Source of the DNA: Rhodospirillaceae bacterium
GTDB taxonomy: Bacteria > Pseudomonadota > Gammaproteobacteria > Steroidobacterales > Rariloculaceae
NCBI GenBank assembly: GCA_024638465.1
Contig: JAHEKF010000006.1
Coordinates: 10,777-74,776 of the forward strand
Direction of reading: 5' to 3'
DNA length: 64,000 bases
This document shows positions 1 to 8,996 of this stretch, one piece after another. Position numbers and translations under genes: made by a program. How positions within the stretch are numbered: the first letter of the stretch is position 1; every line of letters starts with the position of its first letter. Under the pieces are notes generated by a model, which saw only the letters and a program-made list of their open reading frames with translations, was not told the origin of the DNA and did no database searches.

Positions 1-710
1 GCTTCGTTCATGATCTCGATCGCGAGTGGATACTCGGCGCGAAGATAGATGTACCCCTGCGTGGCGCCCACTGCCAATCCCGCAATCGTCATGCCTTCGA
101 TCAGAAGGAACGGATCGCTCTCCATGATCATGCGGTCGGCAAACGTTCCCGAGTCGCCTTCATCCGCATTGCAGGTCACGTACTTCTGCTCGCCTTCCGC
201 ACCGAGCACCGTGTTCCATTTGATGCCGGTCGGAAACGCGGCACCGCCGCGGCCGCGAAGTCCGGATTCCGTGACGATCTCTACAATCTCGGCGCGCTGC
301 AGTTTCACCGCTTCGCCGAGCCCCTCGTAGCCACCGTGTGCGATGTAGTCGTCGAGCGAACGTGGGTCGACGATACCGACGCGTGCGAATGTCAATCGCG
401 TCTGTCCCGCAAGCCAGGGAATTTCCTCGGTGGCACCCAGTGCCCTGGGGTGATCGCCGCCGGCGAGAAAATTCGCGTCGAACAGGCTCGCAATGTCGCC
501 CGCACCGACCGGCCCATAGGCGAGTCGTCGGCCGTCGACCTCGACCTCGACCAGTGGCTCGAGCCAATACAGCCCGCGCGAGCCATTGCGAATGAGGTCG
601 ATCTCGCTGCCGTTCTTCTCAGCGGCCGATTGAATTGCGACCGCCACAGCATCAGCGCCGACGGAGCGTGCCGTCGTATCGGAAGGAACGAAAACCCGCG
701 TAGCGCCCAC
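1..710 (-). CDS. fdsB: NAD-dependent formate dehydrogenase beta subunit (NuoF/51-kDa-like flavoprotein), N-terminal part; continues past the window start
   Basis: Not in the ORF track because there is no stop in the window. My minus-strand translation from GTG 708-710 reads VGATRVFVPSDTTARSVGADAVAVAIQ...ESGLRGRGGAAFPTGIKWNTV...YVTCNADEGDSGTFADRMIME, which are NuoF-type NADH/FMN-site motifs. It starts 1 nt after the stop of the NuoE-like gene, giving fdsG-fdsB order. Confidence 0.8.
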   Translation of the reverse strand, partial: MGATRVFVPSDTTARSVGADAVAVAIQSAAEKNGSEIDLIRNGSRGLYWLEPLVEVEVDGRRLAYGPVGAGDIASLFDANFLAGGDHPRALGATEEIPWLAGQTRLTFARVGIVDPRSLDDYIAHGGYEGLGEAVKLQRAEIVEIVTESGLRGRGGAAFPTGIKWNTVLGAEGEQKYVTCNADEGDSGTFADRMIMESDPFLLIEGMTIAGLAVGATQGYIYLRAEYPLAIEIMNE

Positions 711-711
711 G

Positions 712-1188
712 CTAGCTCTCCGCGAGAAGCTCATCGAGGCGCGCGGCGTCGACACGACCGTGAACTTCGGTGTCGATCATCACCGCCGGCGAGCAGGCAC
801 AGTTACCAAGGCAGTAGATCGGCTCCAGGCTGATACGTCCGTCAGCGGTCGTCTCATGGAAGTCGATGCCGAGGCGCTCCTTCGCATGAGCCTCGAGTTC
901 GCGGGCGCCCATCGACTGACAGGCCTCGGCGCGGCAGACGTAGAGTGTGCGGTCACCCGCCGGCTCGGTCCGAAAAAGATGATAGAAGCTGATAACTCCG
1001 TGGACTTCTGCACGGGACAGGTTCAGCACCTTCGCGACGGGCTCGACGGCCGCGTACGGGACGTACCCGAGCTTGGCCTGGATCGCGTGCAGGATCGGCA
1101 GCAACGCGCCGGGGCGGTCCTTGTGGGCAAGCGCTATCTCGCGCGCGGCGCTTGCCTGGGAATCGGTCGTTGTTACTTCGCTGGAAAT
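712..1188 (-). CDS. fdsG: NAD-dependent formate dehydrogenase gamma subunit (NuoE-like [2Fe-2S] thioredoxin-fold protein)
   Basis: Track ORF 712..1104 contains [12 protein letters not shown]...[16 protein letters not shown]...CRAEACQ...[10 protein letters not shown], the NuoE/FdsG 4-Cys pattern. The homologous N-terminal helix ([14 protein letters not shown]) lies upstream of the TTG at 1104, where no ATG/GTG/TTG exists. I extended the call to ATT 1186-1188, which sits behind a GGGGGTG Shine-Dalgarno. The minimal call is 712..1104. Confidence 0.8.
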   Translation of the reverse strand: MSSEVTTTDSQASAAREIALAHKDRPGALLPILHAIQAKLGYVPYAAVEPVAKVLNLSRAEVHGVISFYHLFRTEPAGDRTLYVCRAEACQSMGARELEAHAKERLGIDFHETTADGRISLEPIYCLGNCACSPAVMIDTEVHGRVDAARLDELLAES

Positions 1189-1294
1189 GAGAACACCCCC
1201 TTTTTTTCCGGCCGGGTATTGTACCTTTCCAACCCTGAAACCGCTGCGGTTCCTGAATTACAGCGCTGCAACGCGCCGACCGGGACCCGCGCCC

Positions 1295-1669
1295 TCAATC
1301 GTGAGCGGCCTGAGGATTGGGGAACGCGTCGGAATCTTCTTCGCCCTCGCGCGGGGCCAGGCAGGCGAAATCCTTCTCTATGAGGATCGAGAGCACGCCG
1401 CCCGCACCGAGCGCCTGCTCGGCCGAGATCGTCACCTCCTGCGGCTCGAGCCACTTCCGGACCGCGTCCACCGGCAGCTTAACGCGTATGCCAGCCCGGT
1501 CGAAACTTGCCACCGGCGCGGAAACGTCGCCAATTTCAAGGCCGTACTCCAGGCGATCACCCGCGGAGAAACCGACGGAGTCCGTTACAGCTCCGGCCTC
1601 GGCAAGTTCCACTGTTTCGGATTGAGACAAGCGAAGGCGCACAGAGTCGCCGCGAATTCTAAGCTTCAT
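1295..1669 (-). CDS. conserved hypothetical protein (MKLRIRGDSVRLRL... type, possibly DUF7009-like)
   Basis: 124-aa ORF with genome-typical codon bias. The N-terminus MKLRIRGDSVRLRLSQSEV resembles a recurrent uncharacterised family, recalled from memory. No Shine-Dalgarno precedes the ATG. Confidence 0.55.
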   Translation of the reverse strand: MKLRIRGDSVRLRLSQSETVELAEAGAVTDSVGFSAGDRLEYGLEIGDVSAPVASFDRAGIRVKLPVDAVRKWLEPQEVTISAEQALGAGGVLSILIEKDFACLAPREGEEDSDAFPNPQAAHD

Positions 1670-1692
1670 TTAGCAAAAAAGGACGTCGATTC

Positions 1693-1709
1693 GAATTGGG
1701 ACCCAATTC
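1693..1709. promoter_or_regulatory. perfect 8-1-8 palindrome GAATTGGG-a-CCCAATTC (candidate operator)
   Basis: Read directly from the sequence. It lies in the 177-nt divergent spacer between the 124-aa gene and the HMG-CoA synthase gene. Confidence 0.4.
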
Positions 1710-1846
1710 TAGACCAGCTTGGGATTCCGGGGATCGACTTTTAAGGTGATTCTGCCGCCATCGGCATATAATCCCGGGTGTGCAGTGCGGACTGTCTAGG
1801 AGAATCGGCCAGTGAGCCACCGGCAAACCGGCCCAGGAGCTTGACG

Positions 1847-3310
1847 ATGAGCAAGGAAGTCGGAATCAGCGGATTTGCCGTCTACGTTCCGCCGTACCGA
1901 GTCGATCTCCAGGATTGGTGCGATTGGACCGATGCACCCTGGGACAAGACCAGCGCCGTCATCGGCAACAGCTTCCGAATGCGCGGTCCGCATCAAAGCG
2001 TCTACACGATGGCTGCGACCGCCGTCATGCGACTCATCGACAATTACGAGATCGACCCGCGACGAGTCGGCTTCCTGGGGCTGGGCACGGAATCCAGTAC
2101 GGACAATTCGGCGGGCGCCGTCATTGTGAAGGGCATGATCGACGAAGCCCTTCGCGCGAGAGGCATGCCGCCCGTCAACCGTCATTGCGAAGTCCCCGAA
2201 CTCAAGCATGCCTGTCTCGGCGGCGTGTACGCAATGAAACACGGCTTGCGTTATCTCGCGCTCGAGGATCAGGATCGCTGCGCGATCGTCGTCAGCGCGG
2301 ATATCGCCGAATACGCGCGCGGCAGCTCCGGAGAGCCGACGCAGGGCGCCGGAGCCGTCGCCATGCTGCTCGAGACCGACCCCGATCTGCTGGAAATCGA
2401 TCTCAAGCGTATCGGCAGCGCTTCGGCGTATCGGGCCGTGGATTTCCGCAAGCCCGTTATGCGCAATCTCATTCGCGGCAAGCTCAACTGCCACTTCCAG
2501 GATCTGCCTGTTTTCAACGGCAAGTACTCGACGACCTGTTACCTGGACGAGACCCTGTATGCGCTCGACGACATGTTGCGCAAGCTCGGATCAGAACCCG
2601 CCGACTACTACAGAAGCCTGGCCGCAGCCTTTATGCATCGACCCTATCACCGCATGCCGATAACGTCCTTCGGGATGAGCTATCTGTTTGGCCTAGCTCA
2701 CAACGGCGCTGCGGGCATTGCCGAGCTCGATCAGCATTGCCAGGACGCGGGAATCGACGTCAATGCCGTGCTTGAAGAAATGCGCTCGGAACCGGACATC
2801 CTGCAACTCGTTCGTGACGGCGATATCGACACGGATGTTTACCCGCTCAGCGTTCAGCTGCTCAAGGAATTCCGCAAGAGCGAACTTTTCAATTCGCAGC
2901 TCGAAACCAAGATGTCGCTCGGTTCCGAACAGATGAAGGATATCGGCAACGTCTACTGCGCCGCGCTACCCGCCTGGATGGCGGCCGGACTCGAGGAGGC
3001 CGCGCTCTCGAATCGCGACCTGACTGGCGAGAAGATACTTGCGGTTGGCTACGGTAGTGGCGACGCCGCCGAAGCGATTCCGATGAAGCTGGCGGAGAAC
3101 TGGCAGGCCGCAGCCCGCAAGATCGCCTTCACGGAAGCGCTCGAACCGAAGCAAAACCTGACGCAGGCGCAGTACGAGATCCTGCACGACACGGGCGACG
3201 CGCCAGGACTCGGCGATCCCGCGGACGGTTTCGTGGTCGAGTCGGTCGGCGCGAGCTCCGATCCGAAATTCAGCGACGAAGGTATCGAGTACTACCGCTA
3301 CCTGAGCTGA
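1847..3310 (+). CDS. mvaS: hydroxymethylglutaryl-CoA synthase (long form, 487 aa)
   Basis: ATG 1847 follows AGGAG at 1835-1839. The sequence has initiation-condensing-enzyme features, with GLGTESSTDNSAG and the catalytic-Cys context ELKHACLGGVYA (ACxGG). It sits adjacent to the remaining mevalonate genes. Confidence 0.85.
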   Translation: MSKEVGISGFAVYVPPYRVDLQDWCDWTDAPWDKTSAVIGNSFRMRGPHQSVYTMAATAVMRLIDNYEIDPRRVGFLGLGTESSTDNSAGAVIVKGMIDEALRARGMPPVNRHCEVPELKHACLGGVYAMKHGLRYLALEDQDRCAIVVSADIAEYARGSSGEPTQGAGAVAMLLETDPDLLEIDLKRIGSASAYRAVDFRKPVMRNLIRGKLNCHFQDLPVFNGKYSTTCYLDETLYALDDMLRKLGSEPADYYRSLAAAFMHRPYHRMPITSFGMSYLFGLAHNGAAGIAELDQHCQDAGIDVNAVLEEMRSEPDILQLVRDGDIDTDVYPLSVQLLKEFRKSELFNSQLETKMSLGSEQMKDIGNVYCAALPAWMAAGLEEAALSNRDLTGEKILAVGYGSGDAAEAIPMKLAENWQAAARKIAFTEALEPKQNLTQAQYEILHDTGDAPGLGDPADGFVVESVGASSDPKFSDEGIEYYRYLS

Positions 3311-3401
3311 CCGCACGCCCCTCGTCCGAGACGCTCGACGAACTATCGGGGCCCTCCCAACAAGTCGCGACCGTCCCTTGCGACTCCACCATTCGTGCGG
3401 T

Positions 3402-4013
3402 TCAGAGCGCTGCGATCTGCTCGTCGAGCAGGCTCAGAAGATCGTCAGGATTACCGTCCTCCAGCGCGGCTCTGTACTCGGCCCGCTTCAACGCGAGATC
3501 ACTGACGCCGTCGGCGATGACATTGATGATCTTCCAGCCCGCGGCAGTCTCGTGCAGAAGGTATTCGATCGGAATAGCCGGCTGCGCATCGCGCCGGATA
3601 GTCGCTGTGACCATCGCGCGCCCGGAATCCAGAATCTTGGTACTTTCGATGCTGAAAGTTTCCGTGGAGACCGTCCTGAAACGAGCCGCATAAGTCATGC
3701 TGCTCAATCGCGCGAATTTCTCGATGAACGTCTCGCGCTGGGCGGCGTCGAAGCCATCCCAATATCTTCGTGTCGCGAACTGCGCGATGAAAGGCAAATC
3801 ATGGGTTTCCGAAATTAGCGGCGCAAGCTGCTCGTATCGCCGGCCGATGGAGTTCGGCTCACTTCGTGCCGCAGCGATCAGTCCCACGTGAAGCGCGTTG
3901 ACGCTGGCAAGCGGTGACTCGTACCCGGCGGATGCCGGACGCTGTGCCAACGCGCCGCTCAGCCAAATCATCGGCAGGATGACGAGCGCGGGTTTTGCGC
4001 AATGAGTCATCAT
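3402..4013 (-). CDS. hpnM: MlaC/Ttg2D-family lipid-binding periplasmic protein, hopanoid-associated (HpnM-like)
   Basis: 203 aa with a signal peptide (PALVILPMIWLSGALA). It has MlaC-like length and helix/sheet pattern. It lies immediately downstream of hpnH in the same operon. Confidence 0.75.
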   Translation of the reverse strand: MMTHCAKPALVILPMIWLSGALAQRPASAGYESPLASVNALHVGLIAAARSEPNSIGRRYEQLAPLISETHDLPFIAQFATRRYWDGFDAAQRETFIEKFARLSSMTYAARFRTVSTETFSIESTKILDSGRAMVTATIRRDAQPAIPIEYLLHETAAGWKIINVIADGVSDLALKRAEYRAALEDGNPDDLLSLLDEQIAAL

Positions 4014-4021
4014 TGAGAGTT

Positions 4022-5143
4022 TTAACGGCGATCTGAGGCGCTGCTGCCAATCTCGTCTACGGGAATCGCCACTCCCGCTGGCTTGCCGTCGTGCAGGACA
4101 GGCAATTCAGGAGCCATCTCGCCGTCGAGACGCGGCCCGAACAGGAAAACGCGGAGCGCTTTTAGCGGGTTTGCGACCGTATGGTCGACGGCCGTGCCTT
4201 CGTAGCCGCAATGCACCATGCAATCATCGCATTTGGGGTTTCGACCCGCGCCATAACGCTCCCAATCGGTCGCTTCCATAAGCTCGCTGAACGTCTCGGC
4301 ATAGCCCTCGTCGACGAGGAGATAGCACGGTTTCTGCCAACCGAAAACGTTATAGGTTGGATTGCTCCAGGGCGTGCACTGATAACTTTGATTGCCTGCG
4401 AGGAAATCCATGAACAGGCTGGATTGATTGAAACGCCATCTGCTGCCGCGCTCGCGGCCGATTTTAAAGATCTCGCGAAATAACCGCTTGGTCTGCCTGC
4501 GGCCGAGAAATACGTCCTGTCTGGGTGCGTGCTGATAGCTGTAGCCCGGCGACACGGTAATCCCTTCGAGCCCGAGAGTCATCGCGTGGTCGAAGAAATC
4601 TGCAACGTCGGCAGCATCCTCTCCATTGAACAACGTGCAGTTTGCCGTAACTCGAAACCCGCGACTGCGCGCAAGCTCGATGGCAGCGACTGCCTTATCG
4701 AACACGCCCTCACGGCAAACCGACTCATCGTGACGTTCGCGGTTACCATCGAGATGCACGGACCACGTGAAGTACGGCGATGGCTCATACTCATCTATCT
4801 TCTGCTGAAGCAGCAACGCATTGGTGCAGAGGTAGACGAATTTCTTGCGCGCGACAATTCCGCGAACGATCTTCGGCATGTCCTTGTGGATCAGTGGCTC
4901 GCCGCCCGGTATTGACACGACGGGCGCGCCGCAGTCATCCACGGCGCGGAGAGCGTCTTCGACCGACACACGCTTCTTCAGAATCTCGGCCGGATAGTCG
5001 ATCTTGCCACAGCCCGCGCAGGCCAGATTGCACTGGAACAGAGGCTCGAGCATGAGAACGAGCGGATAACGCTTTCTGCCGCGGAGCTTCTGCTCGAGTA
5101 TGTAGCGGCCGACACGGTAGGTCTGAACCAGTGGAATGCTCAT
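4022..5143 (-). CDS. hpnH: adenosylhopane synthase, radical SAM (HpnH)
   Basis: The sequence RYPLVLMLEPLFQCNLACAGCGKIDYP contains the CxxxCxxC radical-SAM motif in the characteristic HpnH context. The protein is 373 aa. Its start overlaps the idi stop (ATGA). Confidence 0.92.
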   Translation of the reverse strand: MSIPLVQTYRVGRYILEQKLRGRKRYPLVLMLEPLFQCNLACAGCGKIDYPAEILKKRVSVEDALRAVDDCGAPVVSIPGGEPLIHKDMPKIVRGIVARKKFVYLCTNALLLQQKIDEYEPSPYFTWSVHLDGNRERHDESVCREGVFDKAVAAIELARSRGFRVTANCTLFNGEDAADVADFFDHAMTLGLEGITVSPGYSYQHAPRQDVFLGRRQTKRLFREIFKIGRERGSRWRFNQSSLFMDFLAGNQSYQCTPWSNPTYNVFGWQKPCYLLVDEGYAETFSELMEATDWERYGAGRNPKCDDCMVHCGYEGTAVDHTVANPLKALRVFLFGPRLDGEMAPELPVLHDGKPAGVAIPVDEIGSSASDRR

Positions 5144-5748
5144 GTCGTTGATCGACTCTCGTTCGATATGACGGCGATCGAGCTATCGTTGCCGCCGAGA
5201 ATGTTGTCGAGATACCGGCGTGTAATTTGCGACCATTCCATCTTCAGCCAGGGAGTAAAGCTCTCGGGAGTGGCCGCGATCATCTCATCCATCGATATTG
5301 CGGGAACATAGCGAATTTCGGAGATTTCACGGTCGTTGAAATCAACGGAGCCACTGTACCGGCCGTAGTAGACCCAGCAGTATTCGTGCTCCGCGCCTAC
5401 GGCTCCATATTGCGCCTGATATTTGAACTTGTAGAGGAAATGAAGCGGACACTCGATGGCGAGTTCCTCGGCGAGACGCCGCGAGATAGCCTGCTCCATA
5501 GTTTCCCCAACGCGCGGATGCGAGCAACAGGTATTGGACCAGTATTCCGGCCACAAAGGCTTCTCCGCACTTCGACGTTGCAGCAACAATTCGTCGTCTT
5601 CATTGAACAGGAATATAGAAAACGCCCGATGGAGAATACCGTTTCCGGAATGGCAGTCGCTCTTCGCACTCTGCCCGATCTCGCGGTCGAGTTCATCGAC
5701 AAGAATCAGCTCTTCGCCGGAGCTGGATACGACTTCGCTACGTGCCAT
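5140..5748 (-). CDS. idi: isopentenyl-diphosphate delta-isomerase, type 1 (Nudix fold)
   Basis: Motifs LHRAFSIFLFN, WSNTCCSHP (catalytic Cys) and AEHEYCWVY (catalytic Glu) are present. The track ORF extends to 5865, but the ATG at 5746-5748 (MARSEVVSS...) fits IDI length and gives an 11-nt overlap with the upstream gene. Confidence 0.9.
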   Translation of the reverse strand: MARSEVVSSSGEELILVDELDREIGQSAKSDCHSGNGILHRAFSIFLFNEDDELLLQRRSAEKPLWPEYWSNTCCSHPRVGETMEQAISRRLAEELAIECPLHFLYKFKYQAQYGAVGAEHEYCWVYYGRYSGSVDFNDREISEIRYVPAISMDEMIAATPESFTPWLKMEWSQITRRYLDNILGGNDSSIAVISNESRSTT

Positions 5749-8014
5749 TGAGATCCGCTCCCAGATCGACGCGAATAGCCTGATAGCCAGCCGCACGAAT
5801 CGCGTTGACGACGGACGAGGAATCACCGTCACAGAGTGCAATGATAGAGCCTCCGCCGCCACCACCGGTCAACTTCGCACCCAGTGCGCCGTTTTCTCTT
5901 GCAATATCAACGAGTTGCTCAAGTTCTGGCGTCGAGACCTGAAGCGCATTGAGCATCCCGTGACAGACGTTCATGAGTTCGCCGAGCGTGACCAGGTCCT
6001 CGTCCTGGATCGCCTGCACGCCGCGTAGAACGAGCGCATCGATCTGGTCGAAGATACGCTCGTAGAGCTTGCGGTCCTGTTGCCAGGCCGCGCTGACGCG
6101 ACCCACGGTCTTCGCCGTGAGGCCTTCGTAGCCGGTCATGCCGATCACCATCGGAATCGGGGTCTTGATGTTCAGCGGCTCGACCAGCGGCGGCGTACCG
6201 CTACGAAAAACGAGCGGTTTGCCGTAGCACGCAAGGGTGTTGTCGATCCCGCTCGGGCTGCCGTGCGCAACTTTCTCGGCTTCGAACGCCAGCCGGTTAA
6301 CTTCTGCGTCGTCCAGACCTAACGAGAAGTGCTTGTCGATCGCTCTGACGATCGCAACCGCCATCGCTGCTGACCCGCCGAGTCCCATACTGCGTGGAAC
6401 TTCCGGAAAGACTTCGATTCGCATTGCGCGACCGCTGAGACCGAGTTCATCGAGCATGACGCCGGCCGACATCTCGAATCCGCGGCGCTGGCTCGCGTTG
6501 GGCGACAGCTGAAACTCCACGCCCCAGCGCGGTATCAGAAAGTGGATGCCGTCATCGCAGTCCTCGACCAGCGCCCTGATCGTCATCGGAACCGGCGCTG
6601 CAATCGCATGCCGGCCGTAGACGACCGCGTGCTCACCGAGAATGACCACCTTGCCGTAGCCGACACCGAATTTGTCCTGTTTCTCGAGCTCGCGCTTGCC
6701 TTCACGGCCGCTCGGAACAACGGGATTCGCGATCTCCTCGATGATCTCCTGTGCCTTCCAGACTTTGATCTCACCACTGAGGATCAGGCGCTCCAGGACC
6801 TCATCGAAGATCTCCGCGGGCGCACCCGCCGCGGTCACGACACTTCGTGCATGCAACGTCATGTGACCTTTCTGAATACCTTCTGTCGCGAGAGCGCGTA
6901 TGGCGGCGAAATTCTGTGCCAGACCGGCCGCAGCCATGACCTGGGCGAGTTCGGTCGCGGACTCTACACTGAGCAGACGCATGTTCAGAGCGGCGGTGGG
7001 ATTCGACTCGACGGCGGAACCCACAGTCCCGACTTTCAGCGGCATCTCGAGGCTGCCGCAGAGATTGCCATCCTCGTCCGCCCACCACTTCGTTAAGGAC
7101 GAATACCGTCCACTGCGTGCCGCGAACGCATGCGCGCCGGCTTCGATCGCTCTCCAGTCGTTTCCGGTCGCTATCGCGATCGGATCGATACCGTTCATGA
7201 TGCCTTTGTTATGGGTCGCGGCTCGATACGGATCGACTGCGGCAAATTCGCCGGCGACAATGATTCCGTCGCGCGCCTCTTCGCCGCTGTAGCCGCGGCC
7301 GCTAAGCGCAGCTACCGGAATTCTGCAGTTCGCCCTGACGAGTGCCCGGTCATTCAGATTGGACAAAATTCTTAAGAATACTTCTCCGCCCGTGATCGAC
7401 TCGATCAACGAAGCAACGCCCTCGCACATTCCATTGACGAGATTCGCACCCATCGCATCGCGGGTATCGACGAGCAGATGCACAACCAACATGGGTTTTC
7501 CACTCGACGGCAGCGGATGAACGAACAGCTCTATGTCCTGGGCGCCTCCGCCGCGCGCTACCATCTTCGGATGGAGACTGTTGGCCAGGCTCACGATCTC
7601 CTGGCGACGATCTCTCAACGCCTGCTTCGCGGTCTCGATATCGGGCACGTTTACGACCTGAATCTGGCCGATCAGAATCGGATCGGTCGCTTCCGTTTCG
7701 AAGCCGCCGTTCTCACCGATCAGCTTGGACGCTGAACTCAGCGCCGCAACGACCGAGGGCTCTTCGATTGCCATCGGCACAACGTAGCGTTTGCCGTTGA
7801 CGCGAAGGTTCATGCCCAGCCCCAAAGGCAGACCCATTACGCCGACGACGTTCTCGATCATCTTGTCGGCCGCATCGAGTTCCAGCGTATGTTTCCCGGT
7901 CGCCAGCGCGCGGAAATCGCTACCCGTGAGCAAGCCGCGCTCATGAACCGCGCGTACCCGCTCTTCGACACTCAGCCGGTAGAACTCCGGAATCCTCGAT
8001 CGATCGTCAGTCAC
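5738..8014 (-). CDS. bifunctional class II HMG-CoA reductase (aa 1-430) / mevalonate kinase (aa 449-758) fusion
   Basis: One uninterrupted 758-aa ORF. The N-terminal part carries ENVVGVMGLPLG, AIEEPSVVAA, DAMGANLVN, THNKGIMNGIDPIAIATGNDWRA and QKGHMTLHAR, the class II HMGR catalytic E/K/D/H contexts. The C-terminal part carries GKVVILGEHAVVYG, GLGGSAAMAVAIV and KLTGGGGGGSIIAL, which are GHMP kinase motifs I-III. The start is GTG. Confidence 0.9.
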   Translation of the reverse strand: MTDDRSRIPEFYRLSVEERVRAVHERGLLTGSDFRALATGKHTLELDAADKMIENVVGVMGLPLGLGMNLRVNGKRYVVPMAIEEPSVVAALSSASKLIGENGGFETEATDPILIGQIQVVNVPDIETAKQALRDRRQEIVSLANSLHPKMVARGGGAQDIELFVHPLPSSGKPMLVVHLLVDTRDAMGANLVNGMCEGVASLIESITGGEVFLRILSNLNDRALVRANCRIPVAALSGRGYSGEEARDGIIVAGEFAAVDPYRAATHNKGIMNGIDPIAIATGNDWRAIEAGAHAFAARSGRYSSLTKWWADEDGNLCGSLEMPLKVGTVGSAVESNPTAALNMRLLSVESATELAQVMAAAGLAQNFAAIRALATEGIQKGHMTLHARSVVTAAGAPAEIFDEVLERLILSGEIKVWKAQEIIEEIANPVVPSGREGKRELEKQDKFGVGYGKVVILGEHAVVYGRHAIAAPVPMTIRALVEDCDDGIHFLIPRWGVEFQLSPNASQRRGFEMSAGVMLDELGLSGRAMRIEVFPEVPRSMGLGGSAAMAVAIVRAIDKHFSLGLDDAEVNRLAFEAEKVAHGSPSGIDNTLACYGKPLVFRSGTPPLVEPLNIKTPIPMVIGMTGYEGLTAKTVGRVSAAWQQDRKLYERIFDQIDALVLRGVQAIQDEDLVTLGELMNVCHGMLNALQVSTPELEQLVDIARENGALGAKLTGGGGGGSIIALCDGDSSSVVNAIRAAGYQAIRVDLGADLNGT

Positions 8015-8993
8015 TTGCGTGCCCTTCGATTACCAGTCCGCTTTCATAGATATCCAAATCCAGCACCTTGTAGTCAGCAGCCACAGCCTGTTCGAACGCG
8101 GCAAGAGCATCCGGGTCCTGTGACCAGACGATACCGACATCTCCACCGCCGGCACCACTTATTTTATAGACAAGATCGAACCGCTCCGAGTGCCCCGTGA
8201 TTTTCTTGTGCTCCGTCGTCACGATCTCAGCGCCGATACGGCCCCCAAGCGCGTCCAGAGCATGTCCGTAGGCCTTTACCGCAGCCAGAAATCCGGGCGC
8301 GTCGTTGTCTCTCGCCGCTTCGTGACCTCGCGTTGCCCAATCGGCGAGATGACTTATGATCGCATCTGCCTCCTTCGGGCGCGCATCGCGCCACGCGTCG
8401 AACGCTGTGACGAGGCCGCTCGTGGCCGCGGATTTCCCGGAGTAGATTACTCTGAACTGAACGCCATCCGGCAAAGCGGCGTTCGAGACGTTCGGCTCTC
8501 CACCGTCGTCGAGTGCATAGCAGATGACACCACCCGTCAGGCTGGCGGCGATATCGAGTCCGCTTCCCTTTCCCCCCTGAAAATTCCGATGCAACTCGAT
8601 TAGCCGCCGGAGAGAAGGCGTTGCCGCCAATCCGGCAAAGCGTGACCAGGCTGCATCCCACGCGGTAAGCGCTGCCGCACTCGAGCCGATTCCCAACTTC
8701 TGTCCCTGCTCGAAGAACGCGGCTGTATCGACAGACCCTCGCCACGGCCCGGGAGCGGAATCAGGCGCGATGACGAGGTCCACCAGTGGCGCGCCGCTCG
8801 GCGCACCGACTGCAAAGCTCAGTTCATCAGGCTCGGGAGCCCGAACAGCAAGATGACAGAGATCGTCATCGCTCAACATGATCTCGACGCGACAGAGTCT
8901 GTCTATCGCCATCACGAGTGCGCTGGCACCGCACAGTACGGCGTATTCGCCGAGCAAGACGAGTTTTCCCGGTGCGGTCGCAGTAATCGTCAC
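8007..8993 (-). CDS. mvaK2: phosphomevalonate kinase (GHMP family)
   Basis: GHMP motifs APGKLVLLGEYAVL, GIGSSAAALTAW and KISGAGGGDVGIV are present. The gene sits between the decarboxylase and the HMGR::MK fusion. GTG start, with an 8-nt overlap with the next gene. Confidence 0.85.
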   Translation of the reverse strand: MTITATAPGKLVLLGEYAVLCGASALVMAIDRLCRVEIMLSDDDLCHLAVRAPEPDELSFAVGAPSGAPLVDLVIAPDSAPGPWRGSVDTAAFFEQGQKLGIGSSAAALTAWDAAWSRFAGLAATPSLRRLIELHRNFQGGKGSGLDIAASLTGGVICYALDDGGEPNVSNAALPDGVQFRVIYSGKSAATSGLVTAFDAWRDARPKEADAIISHLADWATRGHEAARDNDAPGFLAAVKAYGHALDALGGRIGAEIVTTEHKKITGHSERFDLVYKISGAGGGDVGIVWSQDPDALAAFEQAVAADYKVLDLDIYESGLVIEGHASD

Positions 8994-8996
8994 GGG

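Noticed and set aside
5749-5865. N-terminal extensions of several track ORFs: idi to 5865, hpnG to 14432, apt to 17143, ispA from 15410, SDR from 45978, TVP38 from 50302, and the PepSY-like gene from 40984.
   Set aside because: The extensions overlap the preceding genes and lack homology-type sequence. Internal starts with Shine-Dalgarno sites or operon-style 1-17-nt overlaps give family-typical lengths.
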